From the NCBI RefSeq assembly GCF_006345805.1, contig NC_043004.1:61628001-61692000 (forward strand): a stretch of 64,000 nucleotides of DNA. Reading direction: 5' to 3'. The DNA is from Octopus sinensis. Lineage: Eukaryota. Positions 54,871 to 64,000 of the stretch are shown here, in pieces. Numbering within the stretch: position 1 is the stretch's first letter; the number at the start of each line of letters is the position of its first letter. Under the pieces are notes generated by a model that had not been told where the DNA came from, searched no databases, and saw only the letters and a program-made list of their open reading frames with translations. The translations under genes were made by a program, and so were the position numbers.

Positions 54871-55547
54871 GTGCCATTTGTACACCAAAGACTTGTATCA
54901 CATTATAAAAGGTTTGAGAAAAAAACCGAGTATCATTCGGAAAGTATGTTTGTAAATCTTCACAGGCGTACATGGAATTATTAGACTCCAAAACAAATCG
55001 TCCATACCGTTTTTTCACTCGATATAGAATGAATACTGGGTAGATTACTTCATATAAGGGAAGGAATTGGATGTTGAGAGAAAGAGGAAAGGAGTGGGAG
55101 GGTGATGAAACTTTAATGAAGTTGCGATCACAAAAAAGATAATATGTATATATATAAAAATATTTATAAAGGATGATAATAAATATAATAATAAATATAA
55201 AATATAATAAAAATGTAAAAATATAAGTATATAAACATAAAAAGGACGTCATAATTATGTTTATATTTATATATATTTTCGCTTTTGTGATCCCAACTTC
55301 ATTAAATTATTCATCCCCTCCCCCTCCTTTCCTCTTTCTCTCAACATCCAATACCTTCCCTTATATGAAGTAATCTACCCAGTATTCATTCTATATCGAG
55401 TGAAAAAACGGTATGGACGATTTGTTTTGGAGTCTAATAATACCATGTACGCCTGTGAAGATTTACAAGCATACTTTTCCAATGATACTCGGTTTTTTCT
55501 CAAACCTTTTATAATGTGATACAAGTCTTTGGTGTAGCAATGGCACA

Positions 55548-55638
55548 CGGCTGAAGAAGGCTTTTGATCTAGCTGTTATATCGATTATGCATTGATGTAA
55601 AAATAAGTTGTTCTATAAAGCCCGAAACATATGAACCG
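55548..55638 (+). ncRNA. Hammerhead motif (right arm), cleavage triplet mutated
   Basis: CGG CUGAAGA A GGCUUU...AAAGCC C GAAA CAUAUG AA CCG: U16.1 replaced by A. Confidence 0.7.
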
Positions 55639-55765
55639 CAACATCTTTTGGATCTTGTTTTTCATTTATTTCATTTGATACATATATCCTAACACCTCTG
55701 CTACCAGCTGGCATATACAGGTGCTTACATTTATCAAGTATTCACCCTGAATTTATTGTACCTAA

Positions 55766-55768
<3 letters not shown>

Positions 55769-55837
<69 letters not shown>

Positions 55838-56014
55838 TATATACATACATACATATATATATATATACATATATATATATGCATACATATATATATATAT
55901 ATATATACATACATATATATATATACGTACATATATATATATATACCTACATATATATATATACATATATATATATATACATATATATATATACATATAT
56001 ATATATATACATAC

Positions 56015-56082
<68 letters not shown>
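55769..56082. repeat. Interrupted (TA)n microsatellite
   Basis: Direct reading. Confidence 0.97.
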
Positions 56083-56084
<2 letters not shown>

Positions 56085-56260
56085 GCTTAATATACGAGAA
56101 AAGACCCGGATAAGTAGTTATCAATGTAGACAAATGTTACATAGGCACTTTAAGATACTAGTAACCACACACACGGTTAATAATTCCAAGGAGAATTGAG
56201 AATATAAGAGAAATAGAAACGGAGACAAACGTACACGTTGTTATTTAAGTCATTTATATT

Positions 56261-56342
56261 GCCGACGTATGTTTCGATGGAGTCATTAAAATTACTCGGA
56301 GAGGAGTAATAGTGTGGAATAAAAGTATGAATCTCATCAGGA
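56261..56342 (-). ncRNA. Hammerhead motif with intact core but weak stem I
   Basis: UC CUGAUGA GAU UCAU...AUGA CUCC AUC GAAA CAUACG UC GG: core, G-C closing pair and GUC triplet present; stem II has a 4-nt bulge; stem I only ~2 bp. Confidence 0.6.
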
Positions 56343-56419
56343 AGGAGATTATAATTAGCAGTGTTCATTAATAAGACCGTAAGAAATTATAGTATATAAT
56401 ATACAAAATGTATATATAC

Positions 56420-56451
<32 letters not shown>

Positions 56452-58392
56452 GTGCGTATCTGGGCTGTTTAAGCAGATTTAGAGAGCAAGTGGTGTGGGC
56501 TGTGCGTAAGATATGTGCAGATTATCAGTACAAAGCAAAAACTACCTGTATCATTGTAAACGTTCGGAGATTTAGATAAAGGAGAAAACAAGCATATATG
56601 ATACAATATTCAGCAGCGACTAATATCTCTACTGATCAACTTCATAGAAATATACAAAATCCAGGGATCTATGATCTGTCAACCAGCGGCAAAATATCGA
56701 TCCTACACTAGTGTGTATCAGCAAATTTCATACCATGATACTAAATATTAGCTTGGGTTTCATGAATACCCAGTGAAGTAATCGAATGGAAAATGGATAT
56801 TTCTTGCATAAAATAGATCATTATAACGATTGAAATGATATCCTGTTGATTTAAGAAATGATTAGTTAAATTGCTTCTCGTTAGTCTACATATTATGGTC
56901 TTGGGTGAATGGATTTTCATGTTGCAGTCAATACCTCTAGAACTATAATGTTTCTCAAAAAGTTTCACCACCGTGTTGCAAAGACATATTTTTGCTGATT
57001 TCTAAGGCTGTAAAAATGTTCTACTTGCTGACAACTATGGTAAATAGCATTATAGATGAAATTCCAGATTGCGATGACTTTTGCCTATATGTGTTTGAAT
57101 ACAATCGGGAAATACGCATGAAGACATTTGAGTAAATATTCTTTTGTTTTACATTAAAATCATCAGAGCTGGGGATTTTTTTATTTATCTGAAGTCTGTA
57201 CAACGGAAGTGCATCCGCTCTGATCATGTAAAGATTACTTGCACTTTTCCTTTAAAACTATTTTGGCGATCCAATAGGGAAATAATTGAAATGAAATCTC
57301 GTTGACTTGCACAAGATTTTAAAATGCCGTTGGTTCGTTAATGAATTATTTTTAAAAATCACAGTTTCTATATTCATTGTTAGGTTTCACTGAGATTTGA
57401 TCTGTGTGCATACAAAATGATCTTTGAATGATTTTCAAAATAATTTTGAGTTCATTTATTAGCAAAACATAATTTACGGAGCAAAACATCTGGAGGTGGA
57501 TGAGAACGATATCCGCCCCAGCTGAATGTATAAGAATGCATAAGATCAGAGGTAAGGCTACACACATTTTATCAATAACTTTGGAAAATATTGGAAAATA
57601 ATTTGCAAGTGAATGAATGCCCGAACCTGAATCTAAAATGAATTGTGAACTTCAAATTGGTACTCACGACCACAGGTAGAAAATCGACTAAAACATTCCG
57701 TTGAAATGTTATTAATTCTAAGAGACTAACGATAAATAAAATACAAATGCATATCAAATATTTATTAAAGCACTTAAAGTTAGCATTAAATGAAAAAGTT
57801 TCCACAAAAACTGGGAACTAGATGAAATTCTACCATATGTTTTACGGGCGTTTCTCCGCTGTAGTTTTCTTTTAGGAATACTGAATACCATAATGACTAC
57901 GAAAAGGTTGCAACAGTAAGAGTATACCAAAATAAATCAATCGACATTCTACCAAAAAAGCGAAGACGTCTATCATAGAGGTTTATCATCGAAAATCTAT
58001 AAACTTCACATCCACCTACAATACTAGGAACAAAAATAAAAACTTACTTCTCAGTCGGCTATCTGAAATCAGGAATAACACATACTATTATTAAAAGTAT
58101 CCAGTCATTCTTAATTTCCCCCAAAATACAAACTTGTTGTTCTTTATGAAATGTCCTGATGTGGCAGGCTATGTAAACAGGTCATAACAAAATATTTAAA
58201 GTTTCTATGGAATAATACTTAATGAATGCTATTTTGTATTCATGGCCAACGCTCTGAAAAGAGTGAGTAACTGAAACGACAACAGACGTGCTTCATGGCG
58301 AATGGCTTGGTAATCTAAAGGGTAACATTAATATATTTATACTTTGCAATGGTATGATACACATAAAGCGTATATATTTGTAAAATTAATGC

Positions 58393-58675
58393 GCATGGAT
58401 AAGTGGTTAGAGCGACAGGCTCAGAACATTGAAGGAGTATGCTTGATTCCCCGACCGAGCTGTTTGCTATGTTCTCAGCTGTAGAAATGTGTTGCGACGT
58501 CACTGATTGAAATGGATTTATTTTGCCTAGCCTTGATAACATCGATGGTGCGCAGTAGGGAGGCTGGTATTCATGAGCGCCTGCTGGCCTTCCATAAACA
58601 ATTTGCTCGGACTTGTGCATCGGAGGGAAAAATTTTTAGTGCAATCCCATTGTCATTCGTAACCGAAAGAATTTT
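58393..58675 (+). mobile_element. Degenerate tRNA-derived SINE (another family)
   Basis: ggataagtggttagagcg...ttgattccccgaccgagc head with decayed A/B boxes and a GC-richer body. Confidence 0.5.
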
Positions 58676-59711
58676 TTCCCTCTACTCTACCAAAAGACGA
58701 CCACTAAGATATTTACTGTTGTAATATTCCTTGAATTGCCTTCGTATATGAATTGAAATATGTAATGATAACATGTTAGTAGTTTAAATGCATCTGGAAC
58801 GTTTGGGAAACACAAACAAAAATTTTATTTAAATAATTTGGGCTATTGGGATACCAGAATCTCACAACTCCATATACCGCTAATTGCATAGTGTTATCCT
58901 AAATGGTGCCTAAAGAATTGTGACATGGCATATGAATGAAAGGGTTTCAAACAAAGACACAAATTGCATGAGGAGCAACATGGCTCCTTTTCGCATTGTC
59001 ATATAATTTTTATTCAGCCTGTTTTAATTTGCGGAGTGTAAGAGAGTTTTGACAAAAGACACCAATTAGTAGGAGCGGGAAACAACGAAGCATTATTTTA
59101 AATGCAGACATTCTGTCAGTGATATAATTAAAACGCTACTTTTTTAAAGATTGCATTGAAACATCTTTCTTGTGAAACAGTAGAAGATGGACAATAGCAG
59201 AAACAATAGAAGAAGAGAAAAATGGTGTGGAATAGTCTCTCATTGAACGGTTATTAGCAAGAACCAAGACTGTCGTGGCTAAAAGTATTTTACGTTGATT
59301 ATACTGAACTATAATTCTGCATAATATAAGAAAATCAATTATGTTATCAATGTTTTCAATCAAGAATAGGTGTACAGCACTGTATCGTGTTAGAAGAGAT
59401 TTGTGAAAAATATGTTCATAACGTTGCAAAGTTGGATTAACTTAAGCTCAAAAACCATGCCGTAGTTAGGTATTAATGATAAATGCTTATTTCTCCGTAG
59501 TTGAGTATATAGATTGTGTGCTTTGGGTAATATTGTGTTAGGAAACGAAGAAGAATATTGAGGAAGGAGAAATAGATGAATAAACCGAAGAAGAAAGAAC
59601 TGAAGAAATACGTCAGGAGGCAATGTGCTGGTATTACTTGAAGCAGAAGAAAGAGAAAATAGAGGGGAAAACGTAGAGGAGAGGATTATAAATATTAGAA
59701 GAAAAACGTAG

Positions 59712-59713
59712 TG

Positions 59714-59761
<48 letters not shown>

Positions 59762-59762
59762 A

Positions 59763-59822
<60 letters not shown>
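59712..59822. repeat. (GTA)n microsatellite followed by a purine-rich tract
   Basis: Direct reading. Confidence 0.97.
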
Positions 59823-60404
59823 ACGAAGAAGAAACACGAAGAATAAGAAGAGGAGGGAGGAGAAGAAGAGGGAGAGGAAGAAAAATACGAACAGAAGAAA
59901 AATTGAACTTACATGAAAAGAAAGAGAACCAAAGGAATGAAAGAAAGGAAGAAAGGAAAACAGGATTTAGCATAGAGTTAAGTGTAAAATTAGCTTGCTC
60001 ATATTTCAAATGAAATCTACAAATTTGTGAAGCATTTATGAAGATTTTTCACAACATTACCGAATCATTAACTTTACAAAGAATTTGAAACTATACATTA
60101 CAATATAGCCTATGGAAAATGAAAACTAAAAATACAACAACAAAAATCAAACAAACAATTATTGTTTTGGTGGGGACACATTGAATTATATTATGGAAAA
60201 AAGAAAAGGATTTATAAAGTGTCAAGAATATGGTTTACAGCATAAAGGACCACTCATAGAGAGACATTCCGAAACAACTGTATATGCGTACATGCATCCG
60301 TCCGTGTGTGTGTGTGTTTATGTGTGCATGTGTGTGTGCATGTTTATATACGTAAGTATACATTTACATAAACATCTTTATAGCAATTTAAGTGTGCACA
60401 TTTA

Positions 60405-60833
<429 letters not shown>

Positions 60834-61394
60834 CATTATATATCTGTGTAAAGATACATACGTACATATATTTCTAAGTAGGAGCAGACGTAATCGTACC
60901 TGTAAACACGTACTATATCGGTGGTGGCAGTATTCGTGTGTGCGTGGTTCTAAGTATAAAACACGAGTGGGCCTCTTTAAATACTTATCTTTTCGTGATT
61001 TTAATCGTCCGTGTATTTGTTGATATATTTTCCTTCTTTACCTTGAGGATATTAAGTATGTTTTGAATTCTAATTATTCAAAAATGTTATTTCTAAGTAT
61101 AAGTTGTTGCATGAAAAAGAAATTGAATATTTGCTACATTTGGTTAACATTCGAGTAGGAAGAATTCTTATCAGTGCATACTTTAGAAAAATATTAGTAT
61201 ATGCATATGTGAATACAACTTACATATTTGGAAATGTGTACGTAGGTATGTGTGTGTGTGTTTATGAGTATGTGTACTTTTGCAATAGCTTACCGAGAGC
61301 ACATGCGCGAATCCAACAAGTATATACGAGTAAATTAGTTGGTGCTTCCAAGTATACGATAATGTAACACACACAGATACTGACATACACACGC

Positions 61395-61455
<61 letters not shown>

Positions 61456-61501
61456 CATCATAAATACATATATATAATGTGTGTATATATATGTATGTAT
61501 G

Positions 61502-61548
<47 letters not shown>

Positions 61549-61942
61549 GAATTACATATACATACATGTGTCCAAGAGAGGTATTTTCTATGTTTTCTGT
61601 CAGTGATTTGTTAACACTCACGTTTCGGATCTCTGAGCAGATATTTATCAAACTTTTCCTTAGCATTTTGATTTGTTTAAATTTATAGCAAACATAATCA
61701 CATAACTCTATATATCTATGAATATTATAAGGAATCTCTGATGCCTATGCCATTTTTTTTTACTCGAATGCACACAGGAAAATACAATTTCTATGTCATT
61801 TACGCTGTAGTTGTAGTATGGTAAATTGTGCTATGGTTTCAATTCGCCTTCAAGTAATCTGGAGTGAGGAAAACGACTTATCAAAATATTTAAACCGAAG
61901 TCTATTTGGATTTAAAAAGTTCGATAACAGTTGAATATATAT

Positions 61943-62105
61943 AGGCGCAGGAGTGACTGTGTGGTAAGTAGCTTGCTAACGAACCACATGGTTCCGGGTT
62001 CAGTCCCACTGCGTGGCATCTTGAGGTAGTGTCTTCTGCTATAGCCCCGGGCCGACCAATGCCTTGTGAGTGGATTTGGTAGACGGAAACTGAAAGAAGC
62101 CTGTC

Positions 62106-62173
<68 letters not shown>

Positions 62174-62347
62174 TTTGCTGTGTTTACGTCCCCGTCACCT
62201 AGCGGTTCCGCAGAAGAGACCGATAGAATAAGTACTAGGCTTACAATTAATAAGTCCAGGGGTCGATTTGCTCGACTAAAGGCGGTGATCCAGCATGGCC
62301 GCAGTCAAATGACTGAAACAAGTAAAAGAGTAAGAGAGTAAAGAGTA
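61943..62347 (+). mobile_element. tRNA-derived SINE family B, full length
   Basis: aggcgcaggagtgactgtgtggtaagtagcttgc...ccgggttcagtcccactgcgtggc...(TA)n(TG)n...gactgaaacaagtaaaagagtaagagtaaagagta. Confidence 0.9.
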
Positions 62348-63195
62348 TATTTAAAACATTTAGAAGTTCTGGCAAATGCCTTGTTGAGGTTTTCCGTCTG
62401 TATTCAAAGTTCAAGCACCTTCGAGGTTGAATTAAAACTTCATAATTATAGGATTGTGGTTTGGTTATGTAGGTAACTTTTACGTGAATTGGTGTGCCTG
62501 TGTGTTGAATGTTCTCTGTGCGAAGGATTTGACTACGGGAACTGTGATCTTTATTTTTGTATATAAATATATATATATATATATATACTTACTATATGAT
62601 ATTTTGCTATGTTCTACAGGTTACAGGTTAGCTCTAAAGGGACCGACGTTTTCTTAACAGTTTCAAATCAGACATCTTCCGAATCCTAAAAATAGGTTTG
62701 AGTAGGAAGGACATTCTTACTTAGTAGAAAGAAAAGTTAGAGAATTGTCAAAGACAATGAAAAACCGACATGGCCAGCAAAGGTAAGGTCTTCTCTTAAA
62801 GAGAGACACTCCAGTGTGATGAAAAGGGGAAGACGTCGCGTAATACTTAAATTAGCTTGAAAGCGTCCCTTTTTTAAGATGGTAGGTTTGAATTTATAGG
62901 TGATTTAATATTTATTTGACATTTCTGGCTAGCCTAACTACAACAGAGTCGTTTTTCTTTGTTTCGTTGTGCTGTATTTTATGAGCGAGGAGTTTGTAGC
63001 TACTTAAATATTTTTTATATGAGTTAGTGCTGGTTATATGAATCTCTTCAGCAATAATGCGGCATCATTTTTTTATGTATTCTTGTTATTTGGACATTCT
63101 TTATGAGAATATTTGGATACTTAATGTTGTATTCTTATGTGTCAGAGTATTACTGGCGCATATTTGAACTATCGACCAAATTATTAATGCTATTA

Positions 63196-63247
<52 letters not shown>

Positions 63248-63365
63248 TGAGAATGTGTGTCTGTCTGTCTGTGTGAATCCCCAAAACTTGAGGACTACAC
63301 AACCAATTTCATTCAAATTTTACACATGCCTTACTTAGGGTACTAGGAGTGTCATGGGCAAAAAT
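63196..63365 (+). mobile_element. Helitron-like 5' end, same family as 17891
   Basis: A|TC(TA)n-AAAACTGAGAATGTGTGTCTGTCTG...actacacaaccaatttcattcaaattttacacatgcctta...catgggcaaaaa. Confidence 0.6.
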
Positions 63366-63636
63366 GTATATGCATGTATATATATGGATGTATATGTATA
63401 CATGTATATGTATAGCTGTATATGTATACATGTATACGTATAGATGTATTTCTATAGATATACATGTATATGTAAACATGTATGTCTAGATATATATATA
63501 TATATATATATATAGATGTACATGTAATATGTAGACATATATATGCATATATATATATATACATGCATATATATATACACCCATACTTACACACAGACAC
63601 ACACCGATTCACACACAGCCTCACACACATATAAAT

Positions 63637-63940
63637 AGGTGCAGGTGTGGCTGTGTGGTAACAAACTTGGTTCCAAATCACATGGTCCTTCGTTCAGTCC
63701 CACTGTGTGGTAACTTGGCATGTGTCTTCTACTATAGCCTGAGACCAACCAAATCCTGGTCTGTGGATTTTGTAGACAGAAACTGAAAGAAATCAATTGT
63801 ATGTATATATGTAAACCTATGTGTGTCTTCGTGTTTCTCCCTCAACACTGCTTCACAACTGGTGTTCGTTTATTTATATCCCCATAACTTACTGGTTTCA
63901 CAAGAAGAAACTGATAGAGTAAGTACCAGGCTTATCAAAA
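63637..63940 (+). mobile_element. tRNA-derived SINE family B, older copy
   Basis: aggtgcaggtgtggctgtgtggtaa...gttcagtcccactgtgtgg...tagacagaaactgaaag...gatagagtaagtaccaggct. Confidence 0.8.
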
Positions 63941-64000
63941 TATAAAATGGCACTACGAAGTGTCTCATATTTTTGTTTGCCCACTCAGTTATATCAATCG

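Larger units (their letters stand above)
54730..55687. repeat. Diverged ~950-bp inverted repeat (arms ~54730-55150 and ~55265-55687)
   Basis: Arms align as reverse complements with scattered substitutions and small indels (roughly 90-95% by eye); symmetry centre near GACGTC at 55245-55250, with an extra AT-rich stretch in the left arm. Confidence 0.95.

Noticed and set aside
56560-57810. Four consecutive short minus-strand ORFs in unique sequence
   Set aside because: Cannot be joined into a recognisable protein; could be UTR or very old repeat.

Overview
AT-rich, microsatellite-saturated animal genomic DNA, most likely an octopus (inferred from my recollection of its SINE families; not verified). 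I cannot support any host protein-coding gene: nearly all long ORFs in the track are translated microsatellites or decayed transposon fragments. The window holds a 5'-truncated Penelope-like element (PLE; RT + GIY-YIG, 36766-38810, minus), two further PLE fragments, several R4/Dong-type LINE fragments beside (AAT)n tracts, RTE and CR1/L2 fragments, two mariner relics, non-autonomous Helitron-like ends and several tRNA-derived SINE families. The main unexplained signal is at 35-56 kb: a cluster of type I hammerhead ribozyme (HHR) motifs from at least five unrelated sequence contexts. These include a perfect 467-bp palindrome (50940-51406) with a fully canonical HHR on each strand, an older ~950-bp head-to-head inverted pair with an HHR at each outer end, two single-HHR units with terminal redundancy (545 and 466 nt periods, retrozyme-like), and a Penelope 3' tail fusing a tRNA-like Pol III head to an HHR. 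All folds were derived by eye; activity is untested and element boundaries are approximate.
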